Positions 54,069-64,000 of a stretch of DNA of 64,000 nt are shown piece by piece (positions within the stretch are counted from its first letter, which is position 1; each line of letters starts with the position of its first letter). Where the stretch lies: assembly GCF_002105155.1 (NCBI RefSeq), contig NW_019028981.1:930001-994000 (forward strand), given 5' to 3'. Below the pieces are notes generated by a model. It searched no databases. It was not told the DNA's origin and was given only the letters and a program-made list of their open reading frames with translations. This DNA is from Lobosporangium transversale (lineage: Eukaryota). Both the position numbers and the translations under genes were made by a program.

Positions 54069-54160
54069 TACGTGCAATTGTGAAATGGGGGCCAATAGAA
54101 ATGAGCCAGGGCAGCATCCCAGTCTTTTTTTTCCCTCCCTCCCAAATCACATCAACGTGG
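54069..54160 (+). promoter_or_regulatory. Cluster of UPR-like elements upstream of LHS1
   Basis: TACGTG at 54069-54074, CCAAT-N9-CCAGG at 54092-54110 and ACGTGG at 54155-54160, all 300-390 bp upstream of an ER chaperone ATG. Confidence 0.35.
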
Positions 54161-54458
54161 AAGGAGGCGAGTCGCCCAACGCTTGAAAGAAAAGTTGCCA
54201 GAAGATAAAAGAAGCTTTAAAGAAAGGGAGATCTATTTCAGTCTGAGATGTAAAAAAAAATTACATTGCTTTGCTTCTTTCATCATCTCTCCTAGCCTTT
54301 TTATTTTGTTTTATTTCTCATCAAGACTGATCAGTAACCATTTCATCTCGCCACATAAATATACAGACAATCCAATCCAATTTCGCTGATATTCCAGTCA
54401 ATTTGTGCAAACAAAACGAAACGGGCAACTTCACACAGTGTACATACATTAAGCCATA

Positions 54459-55331
54459 ATGGTGCAATCAAAGATCAAAAAGAAGTCCCTGCTGGCACTG
54501 GGCGCTGTTGCTGCCCTTGCTGCCTTGTGTTTGGACACTGTGCCGGTCGATGCCGCGGTCATGTCCATTGACTATGGTACTGATTGGTTCAAGGTTGGTC
54601 TTGTCAAACCAGGCATTCCCTTTGATATCGTCCTCAACGCAGAGTCAAAGCGAAAGACTCAATCTGCCATGACTATTCGTGGTAACAATCGCGCCTTTGG
54701 ATCGGAGGCAATTAGTTTGGTAAGACACTTCACGCCTTTTTTTTCATATATATATCATATTTGGATTTTAAACAAAAGTAACCACCAACCTTTGGTTTTA
54801 TTTTTCTTACGCTTATTCGCCCATTCTATTAGGCTACTCGATTCCCTCAAGATTCATTCATCGGTCTTAAGAGAATCTTGGGTCGCGATTATGATGATAG
54901 TTATTGCGCTGAGTTCCGTAACACATTTACCAATAAAATGCTCAAGGATGAGGTCCGTGGCACTGCAGTGTTCGAAACGACGGCCGGTAATAAGTATTCA
55001 GTTGAGGAACTGGTGGCCATGCAACTGGCTCTTGCTAAACAGCAAGCTGAAGAGACCGCTGGAGAGACCATCAAGGATGTGGTCCTCTCAGTAAGTAATA
55101 GTTGGTACTGAAATGCCGAAAAGTACTTGAAGGAAAAAGAAAAATATCTAATTATACATTTCCTTCAATTTCTAGATTCCTCCTTACTTTAGTCAGTTTG
55201 AGCGTCAGGCATTGCTCGATGCCGCCGAATTAGCAGGATTGCATGTCCTGTCTCTAATCCACGATGAATCTGCTGGTATGTACACAGAATAGGAGCTGAT
55301 GGACTTAAAGCATAAATGGGAGACTAACGAG

Positions 55332-55381
<50 letters not shown>

Positions 55382-55803
55382 TGATTTGGTATTGAATTAT
55401 AGTTGCGCTCAACTACGCCATGACTAGATCATTCCCTCAGGAGCAATGTCACATCTTTTACGACATGGGTGCTGGAAGCACCGTTGCTAGTGTGGCTTGT
55501 TTCCAGGACTTGTCCGTGAAGGATGTTGGTAAATTTAACAAAACTGTTCAACAAGTCGAGATCAAGGCTGTGGGTTATGATCGCACTTTGGGAGGACATG
55601 ATGTTGACGTCCGTCTTCAAAAATTCCTTGCTGAAAAGTTCCAGGAGCAGTCTGGCTCCAAAATCAGTGTACCTGTTGTTCAAAATGAACGTGCGATGGC
55701 CAAGCTCCTCAAGGAAGCTAACAGAGTGAAGCAGATCCTCAGTGCTAACACAGAGACAATGGCATCAGTAAGTCTACATTATTATCTTATCGTTTGCGAG
55801 CTC

Positions 55804-55834
<31 letters not shown>

Positions 55835-57671
55835 ATCCTTAATTGACATCACTCTGTCATATCATTCTGTTGCATAGGTGGAAAATTTGACTGATGAGAT
55901 AGATTTCAGAATTAAAGTGACCCGTGCTGAATTGGAGGAGATTTCCAAGGATCTTTTTATACGTGTCAGGGGGCCCATTGATGCTGCATTAGCAGAAAGT
56001 AACATGAAGCTAGCGGACATTCAATCGCTTGTTTTGGTGGGTGGCGGTGTACGCGTGCCTGCTGTTCAGGCGAATCTGGCTGCTGTTGTGGGCGAAGAGA
56101 AGATTGCCAAGAATGTCAATGGAGATGAAGCTGCAGTCATGGGCGCAGTGTTCCGAGCTGCCAGCTTGAGTAGGCAGTTTAAGGTGAAGGAAGTCCGCCT
56201 CAAGGATGTTTCTCTCCTCCCTATTGAGGTCAAATATACCGGCGAAGCCAAGGATGCTGCCACTCCTGGAAAGCTTTTTTTGACACCGATCTTCAACAAA
56301 AATTCTGTTTTGGGTACCCGAAAGACCATGAGCTTTAAGCGCGTCACAGACTTCAGCTTCGATTTGGAATACGGTCAGGTGTCGAATGAGCATGAAGCAG
56401 AGCTTACGAGCAAACAGATTGCACATGTCTCCCTGTCGGGGTTGACGGAAGCCATCAACAAATTCAAGGATGTAAGTGTGACTACTCCTACTGTTAAGGT
56501 GACCATTGAGCTCTCTGACTCTGGTTTGTTAGGTGTTGGAGAGGCAGTCGCTAGCATTGAGACAGACAATTCCAAGAAGGCATCTCTTGCAGACAAAGTC
56601 AAGTCTTTCTTTGGCGGAAGTGACAAGAATGGAGATGTTAAAGATGCTGAGCCCAAGGACAATGGGGACGAACAAGAGGGCAAGGATGATCAAGAACAAG
56701 GTGATGGTAAAGATACTTCTGACAAGAACGAAGACAAGACAGAGAGTAACAACAACAGCAGCACCGATCCATCAGCTAAGAATGAGACTGTTGTGACCAC
56801 TCAGATTGAGAAGGTTGTATTAAAAGTGCAGACAGAGTATAGGGGCATTGCACCTCTTAGTGATTCTGAGATGAAAGAGTCCTTGAACAAGATTCAGAAG
56901 CTGGATGCGTTGGATGCAGCGAAGCGTGCACGTGAGGAAGCCAGGAATGCACTCGAATCGTTCTTATATCGTGGCCGAGAACTATTGTATAAGGACGAGA
57001 TCATTGAGGTATCAACGGAGGAACAACGGAAAGAACTGTCTGACATGTTGTCGACTGTGTCAGAATGGCTGGATGATAATGAGGATGCGGAGACAAACGA
57101 GTTCCAGACGCGTTTGAAGGAACTTCGCAAGATTGAGCGACCTCTGTCAGTCCGTGCTGCTGAGCATGTCTCGAGACCAAAGGCATTTGCATCGCTTACT
57201 TCGTCTGTGACGATGGCACGTACAGTGGGTGAGCAATTGTTGTCTGGCGAAGGTGCTTTCCATGATCCTGCTGATGTGCAAAAACTATTTGATGCTTGCG
57301 ATGATGTATTGGCATGGATCAAGAAGAAGGAGGCTGAGCAGGCAGCGCTTCCTCTCTGGCAAGATGGTGTGGTGACGACACGCGAGATCCAATTGCGTGG
57401 AAGTGTTGTGGAGCGGGAAATGCACCGGTTGATGACCATGAAGAGGCCTAAAGTTGTCAAGAAGAAGGAGGATGAAAAAGTCAACACGACCGAGTCGGAG
57501 GATGAAAAGAATAACCAATCTTCCAAGGCTGAAGAGGGCGTCAAGGAGAATGAGACGAGGCCTCTGGAGGAAAAAGATTTAGAGGGTAATCAGGAAGACC
57601 AGGGTGAGAAGGAGCAGGAAAAGTCAGAGGAGCCCATTGATTCTGTGAAGCACCCAAAGGATGAGCTGTAA
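54459..57671 (+). CDS. LHS1: ER Hsp70-family nucleotide exchange factor Lhs1/Grp170 (HYOU1); exons 54459-54719, 54833-55090, 55176-55275, 55403-55767, 55878-57671
   Basis: Signal peptide, [75 protein letters not shown]; ends in KDEL. Confidence 0.95.
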
Positions 57672-58059
57672 AAAAAAAAAAAAAAAAAAAAATCTTTTAA
57701 ATAGTCCTAGTATTATAAATTTCAGCATCTAAAAAGTAGAAAGTCATGATCAAAATAATCCACGATACAGTATTGCAGGCAATGCAAGCAACAGCTGTTG
57801 AACCAAAATAAATTCATAATCAAACATGTATGCAACAGAAGAATATGATCAATGCGTTGATGTTCAAACGAAGCATTTGTCAAATTATAGTGGCTGGTTT
57901 TTATGTGTAACCATCGGCTTTTTCACTCTCAGCCTCAGTTGAAGTGAACACATTCAAGGAAGCAACCCATCACTTTTTTTTTATTTTCATCTGAGATCAT
58001 CTAACATCCTTCCTCTCGTTTCAAAAAAGACACGTTTCTCATTTTAGTATCACCATACC

Positions 58060-58472
58060 ATGACCTGGTCACCTGCCGACTTGCTCTGGTCCCTGACTAA
58101 TAGAGCATCCCTAACGGTGTTTGAGTCGATATGTGCTAATCTGTTCCTGGTTCTTGTCGCTTCTCTTGGTGTGACTCCGGTGTACAATCTATTGAAGGGC
58201 AACCAATTCCCAACCAAGGGCAAGGTAACTATTATATTCATTATAATACCCATAGCTAAAATGGTTTTTATAATGAGTATCAAGCATGATTGTTTGACCT
58301 AATATCGCTTTTGTAAAATTGCTTTCAAATAGCATGTATACGTTACTGGAGGAAGTATTGGATTGGGGCGTGCTGTAGCGATCGAGTTGGCCAAACAAGG
58401 TGCTCATGTCACTATCGTAGCACGTAAAGAGGGCCCATTAAAGGAAACCGTTGAACTTATGAAGGTTTGCTA

Positions 58473-58507
<35 letters not shown>

Positions 58508-58890
58508 TATTAAGATATCCTGGATCAGCTTTTTTTATTATTATTATTAAAAGCTTTTTCTTGAATTTTTTTTTTTTTTTTTTTTTTTTTTTTCTAATAG
58601 CAAGCTGCCGCGGCACAGAAAATCAAGAGCAAGGATCATCATGTTGAGCAAAAGTTCCATTGGATCAGTGCGGATGTCTCGAACAGGGAGCAGTCGATCC
58701 GTGCGTTGGATGAGGCTTCTGCGTTTCACAGTGGTCAAGTTCCAGAGATCATCATCATCTGTGCTGGCACAGCCATCCCAAAACTGTTTGTCGAAGCTTC
58801 GATTGAGGAATTTGAGATGCAGATGAGGCTCAATTACTTTGGAGCGTTATATACAGTTCATGTATGAAAATCTCCTTCAGGATCTTTACA

Positions 58891-58925
<35 letters not shown>

Positions 58926-59849
58926 ATGGACATAGACCCAAGCATACTCACTCTAGTAATATGGCATATATATGCCTATATACTTATTACTATTATTATT
59001 ATTATCTAGGAAGCTGTGCGACGCATGGTCGATACGGATGTCAAGGGTAAGGTTGTGCTCACAGCGTCAACCATGGGTTTAATAGGCTTTGCAGGATACA
59101 GCAGCTATGCGCCTACCAAATTCGCCGTACGAGGATTGGCAGAATGTTTGCGTAATGAATTTTTGATGTATGGTCTTGGTCTCCACATTTACTTCCCGGG
59201 AACCATGTTCACTCCTGGCTTTGATAACGAGGTATTTGTGTGTGTGTTTTTTTTTTTTTTTTTTTTTTTTTTGTTTCTAAAAAAGAGGAAGGGAAAGATA
59301 TATGGATATATCAACCAAGTCCTAAAATAACGTGCCATTCCTTTAGAACTTGACAAAGCCTTTGGTGACCAGAGAGATTGAGGGAAGCTCAGGCATAACG
59401 TCCGAGGAGGCTGCCAAAGGAATGTTTAAAGGTAAATATGGATGGGACGGACTGATACTTTTACAATACAAACAAAGGTGTTTGTATCTATTTACATGTA
59501 TTAACGACTTTTCCCTATAAATTTACAAAACCCAAAGGTCTCCGAAAGGGATATTACGCAGTAACGACTGATTTTGAGACCGACTTTTTACGGATCTCTG
59601 CAAAGGGAGTTACACCCATGTCTAGCGTTGGGTGGGATTATCTTTTAGGACTGGTAGCACCTGTAAGTCATCCCTTGATTAGTCCTTACAGTGCGAGGAG
59701 GTTTTTAATAAACAGACAGAAAAATATTCATACTTTTTTATTTTTTATTTTTTTTTTTTATTTTTTAGTTTGGAGCAGCTCAATTTCTATGGGAAACCAA
59801 CTCCAAGGTCAAGAACTTTGGCAAGAAGCTGCTTAAAAAGGATCTTTAA
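58060..59849 (+). CDS. TSC10: 3-ketodihydrosphingosine reductase (SDR); exons 58060-58224, 58333-58464, 58601-58861, 59010-59231, 59347-59431, 59538-59662, 59769-59849
   Basis: N-terminal TM, TGGSIGLG Rossmann motif, GFAGYSSYAPTKFAVRGLAECLRNE (YxxxK), FPGTMFTPGFDNENLTKP typical of Tsc10/KDSR; ends KKDL. Confidence 0.87.
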
Positions 59850-60500
59850 TGCAATCTTTTATGTAATCTGTAGACATTTCAAAGTTCAAGATCTTTATAA
59901 ATAATATTTTAATAAATAAATGTATGAAAAAGTCGCTGCAATACTGCCTATGGACACGCAAGTGCCTTAACGCGGTCCTGGCCCTGTGTGCAGTCAAGAA
60001 TTATATTTAATATAATTTTTTTTTTTACTCTTGGCAAAAGAACGATTGTCTTTTTCTTTGGCGCCACTGAGAAGACACAGAGGAAATGTTCAGTCAATGG
60101 CCCATTCTTTCATCTTGGTTTGCCGTTGTGATGCTCTTGTAGAAACATCGATCAGACATCTTATCATCACAAAATATCTTTCAGATGAAAGCAGGGAAGA
60201 AAAAAGGTAAAAGTGACAGCGCAATAGTATTATGGTGAAAATTTAAATAGTGTGAGTGGGGTGTTGGTGTGAGTAAATGCTTTTTCGTGAATATGAATTT
60301 TGAACAGGTTTTTTCCTACTCTATTGCGCCCTTTCTCATACATAAACGATATCAACAACAGCAACAACAACAACAACAACAACAACAACAGCGACGAAGA
60401 AAAAAAATAAATAAATAAATAAATAGAGAGGTAGAGAGAGAATTGCCTGGTCAGGAAAACAAAAATGACTAATGTTTTGATTTTTCTTTTTCTTTTTCTT

Positions 60501-62070
60501 TTACTGTTTGTCGTTTTCATCTTGCTCCTTTGCATCCTTAATCAATCTGCCACTGGCATCCAATGTATTAGGGTCCTGTTTAATCCTGAGCCATTGCATA
60601 CGAGGTCCACAGCGGCTATACTCTGAAATCTTGAATCCATAGATGGCGGGTGTATAAATCTTGTTTGGAATATTGGGGACCAACTCCGGATAGATGTGGA
60701 ACAGCATGTGTGCAAACGTTGTTCCAAAGTATGCACCTGATGAAAAAAGAGAGGGAAAAAAAGGGAAAAATGTAGTCAGACATAAAGTTGTAGAGGGCAC
60801 GGGTATGGTTGGGTACGAAAGCTATCGACTGGAAAAATGATCTTACCATCCAAATTATGATAGCGGGAACTAGGAGGCGAATAAATATCCTGACAGTTGG
60901 GGCAGTAAAGCTTTACAGTTTCTACACCTGGAAGGTCATATCGTCCACATGGTACAACGTTTGTTGATTGACAATAAGTTCGGGGACAGCTTCCAAAGTG
61001 TCCAGCTTGGTATTTATCCGCCTATCCGAGAGCGAAAGAGAGCGTTAAAGTTTTTTTTTTTTTTATTTTTTTTTTTTTAAAAAAAAAAATTATTCTCTTG
61101 GTGTTATTCCTTTTGTTGAGGTATGGCTTCACAGATTTTTCGGAGTATGTTGTGTGTGTGATTGTTTAATTGATCCGATCCTGTGAAAGCAAGGGTTTAA
61201 ATAAGGGATTACGTTACCATCTGCTGTAGACCTTGCCGTGTGACGATGAACCGTTGGTGAATTAGACCGTAAAGCTGCTCTGCTGAAGCCTCTACAATTG
61301 AAACATCTGGGACTTTTGTGCTATCCTCCTCTATTTATCGCCAACATTCAACCAAGAATTGAAAGGTGAAAGTGTCAATGGCTGAGGTGATAGTATGCAT
61401 TTTAGCATCAGGAAAATGCTATTTCAAATCAAATGTTTGCTCACCAGGCTCAAGGTCAAGAATCATCTCCAAGGCCTCCTTGTAAAAGGGCACGATGGAA
61501 TTGAGACCTGTCAGGTTGAAGTCATCCTCCACAAATTCGTCGGCGACCTCGGCAAAGTACTGATGTCCTCCAAGGGAACAAAACCAAGCGATCCAGGGCA
61601 TGGATTCTGTGCCTGAATCGTTGGAGGCATCTGTTCCTAATGTGAAGTGGACATGTAGATGATCATGATGAGCAAGTAAATAAAATCATTATAATAAAAA
61701 TGTAGCTTGAATAAGTACAGGAACTGAAGTGGTTCGGGATAATGTCGTATCACGAGAAGGCATGAAGAGAGTATAGGATATATTTTTCTTGAGGGATGTT
61801 GTGATTCCATAATAATCCGTGATTGTCTGTTGCTGCACTGGGTTTTGTTGCTTCTTTAAGAAAATAAGGGGGATCTTGGCTCAGAAAACGTTGGGGAGTA
61901 AGATAGAAATCAAAGAGTTTTTGCTTACCATAATACTCATCAGCTGCATACTCTCCTTGCAGTTGCTCCTCCTCCTCCTCCTCCTCCTCCTCCTCCTCCT
62001 CGACATCACCAGCATTACGCATATCTCTCACTTGCTGCTGATGCTGAAGGTGAAGGTCGTGTGAAGACAT
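60501..62070 (-). CDS. CKB1: Casein kinase II regulatory beta subunit; exons 62070-61929, 61636-61445, 61330-61218, 61021-60847, 60736-60501
   Basis: PWIAWFCSLGGHQYFAEVADEFVEDDFNLTGL, AEQLYGLIHQRFI, zinc ribbon CPRTYC...CPNC, DGAYFGTTF, YTPAIYGFKI. Exon 1 has a (GAG)n poly-Glu tract. Confidence 0.92.
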
Positions 62071-62624
62071 GGCTCAAATCCCTTGTATTTTTTTTTTATT
62101 TTTTTTTATATATATTTATTTTCTATTGATTCCAAGGAGGCTGTTTATTCGTCCTTTTTTCTATGGTCCCTTGTCCTTTGCAGTTTACAATCCAGAGTGA
62201 TTTGTATGCTGGTTGCGAGAGAAAGGGAAAGGGAAAGGGAAAGGGAAAGGGAAAGGAAAAGGGATAGGGATGGAAGAAAAGAAGATGAGTGTGTGGCCGT
62301 GTGGCGAGGCAGGGAAAAAGTTTGTCAAAAGAGGTTATAAGGTTATATGCACCTCTATATTACAATGTATTTAGTGGTTACAAGTCAATGAAGGCAAGGA
62401 CAGAAGAAGAAGGAGAAAAGAAAAAGAAAAGGAAAAGGAAAAAGAAGAAGAGGAAAGAAAGAAGAAGAGGAGGAAGGAAGGAAGAAAAGGAAAGGAAAGG
62501 AAGAGATCAAAAAAAAAAAAAAAAAAAAAAAAGTTAATCTTCAATCGATGGAATGGAAATAAAAATGAGATGAAGTTTAATTTTTTGTGCTTTAGTAATG
62601 ACTTTGTATTGCAACAGCAAAGGA

Positions 62625-62757
62625 CAGCAAAGCAAAAGCAAAGCAAAGCAAAAGCAAAGCAAAGCAAAAGCAAAAGCAAAGCAAAAGCAAAGAGGACAAA
62701 ATAGCACGGATGATAGCACGATGGCACAAAGCACGATAGCACAATAGCACAATAGAA
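62625..62757. repeat. (AGCAA/AGCAAA)n array followed by (ATAGCACR)-like 8-mer units
   Basis: Seen directly in the CK2beta/PAN3 divergent intergenic region. Confidence 0.85.
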
Positions 62758-63243
62758 CGCAGCAGTCTACAGTAATTTTCTACACCCCAATAGCAAAAAC
62801 CGATGCATTCTGATCTGCTTTGTTCATCTTGATCAGCTTTTTTTTTTATTGTTTTCTTTTAGAGGCTGAAATTACGTCACCATTCTTTTTTTTTTTTTTT
62901 TTTTTTCTTCTTCTTCTCAAGAAAAGAGTGTATGGTATTGTATGGTATGAGATGGAGAAAAAAAAAAAAAAAAAAAAAAAAAATCTAAAAAAAAAGAGGA
63001 CGTTCATAGAGAGATGAAATAGGGAAAGGGCAGATCTCTTCATTGCCTCAAAGAAGAACTTCATTAACACACAAAAGAGTTTAACTCCTTCTCTTTCTCT
63101 CTCTTTTATTTTTTTACTTTCTCTCTCTCTTTCTTTTCTTTTTTTTTTTGCTCCCCCCTTTTCCCTTCTCTTCTTACAATTCTTTTTTATTTTTATTTTT
63201 ATCTTTTATTCTTTTTTGGCTCATTCCATCTTTGCTCTTCGCA

Positions 63244-64000
63244 ATGGCTTCTGCTATTCCCATCATAGCCCCTCCAGGGGTATCAGTCAACGACAATAAC
63301 CCTAATCCTACCAACAACCCTAATGTCAACTCTTCATCCGCCTCTGAAGCTTCATGGACAGCAAAGACCCCAACCGCTTCCACTCCAAAACCATCTGCTT
63401 CAACCACCCCTTCCACTAAACGTAACGGATAACTTTTTTTATTTTTATTTTTTCTTTTCCTCTCCTTTATCTTTTACTGTCAATATCCTAATTGATTTAG
63501 AGTGTTCTTTTTTTTTTTTTTTTTTTCCTTTTTTCCTCGCGTGTTTGTTCGTTCAATTGACTGATGATAATCATGTATTTTATACTCTCCTATTGTCTCT
63601 TTTCAATCTTAGCTGCCTCCGTGACAAATAGTAATAAAGCTCGCACCTGCCGTAATATCGTGATCCATGGCTTCTGCAAGTACGAGGGCAAAGGTTGCGA
63701 GTTCAACCATGACGTCGTAAGCTACTTTGAAGTATTTCAGTGTGTGTAACCGTTGTGGGTGAGTTGCAAGACATTTTTGTTTTAAATAATTCCATGCATA
63801 TCATGTATCATTTCACATATTGTAGGGAAAACCAACTTCGGTTGCAAGTCCTGAAGTGTAAGCAGCCCCATTTTGTTTATCACCATTTCTATTAAAGACA
63901 ACCCTCGGACCCATCCTGCCCACCTTTTTTATTTTTTATTTTTTATTTTTTATTTTATTTTATTTTTTTTATTACTCTATCAGATCATACAACAACTCAA
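63244..64000 (+). CDS. PAN3: PAN2-PAN3 deadenylase subunit Pan3, 3' truncated; exons 63244-63421, 63613-63716, 63826-63857, 63984->64000
   Basis: CRNIVIHGFCKYEGKGCEFNH is the N-terminal CCCH zinc finger characteristic of fungal Pan3; GT-AG introns in phase. The pseudokinase domain would lie outside the window. Confidence 0.75.

Noticed and set aside
56894..57544. 216-aa antisense ORF in LHS1, and similar antisense ORFs in INO80, PHO84, DCP1 and MAK5
   Set aside because: Mirror frames of real coding sequence.

Overview
Eukaryotic, intron-rich fungal DNA, most consistent with an early-diverging fungus of the Mortierellaceae (inferred from the F-box/LRR family style, short GT-AG introns and long poly(A)/poly(T) tracts). 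I rebuilt spliced gene models by hand for 18 protein-coding genes: INO80 (5' truncated), PHO84-like phosphate permease, NIPA Mg2+ transporter, GDT1, DCP1, SEN34, an intronless F-box/LRR gene, MAK5/DDX24, mitochondrial citrate synthase, RNF121-like RING E3, a CaMKK-family kinase, SER3/33, a class I cyclic-nucleotide phosphodiesterase, REV1, LHS1/Grp170, TSC10, CK2 beta and PAN3 (3' truncated). This is mostly housekeeping euchromatin. I found no tRNA, rRNA, CRISPR array or intact transposon, and no convincing new multi-gene system. Best leads: a candidate C/D snoRNA with a 12-nt guide to 18S rRNA in a 4.8-kb gene gap, an animal/plant-type DCP1 C-terminus, an ERSE/UPRE-like promoter on the KDEL-ended LHS1, two GC-AG introns plus micro-exons, a structured island in citrate synthase intron 2, and a few possible decayed coding remnants.
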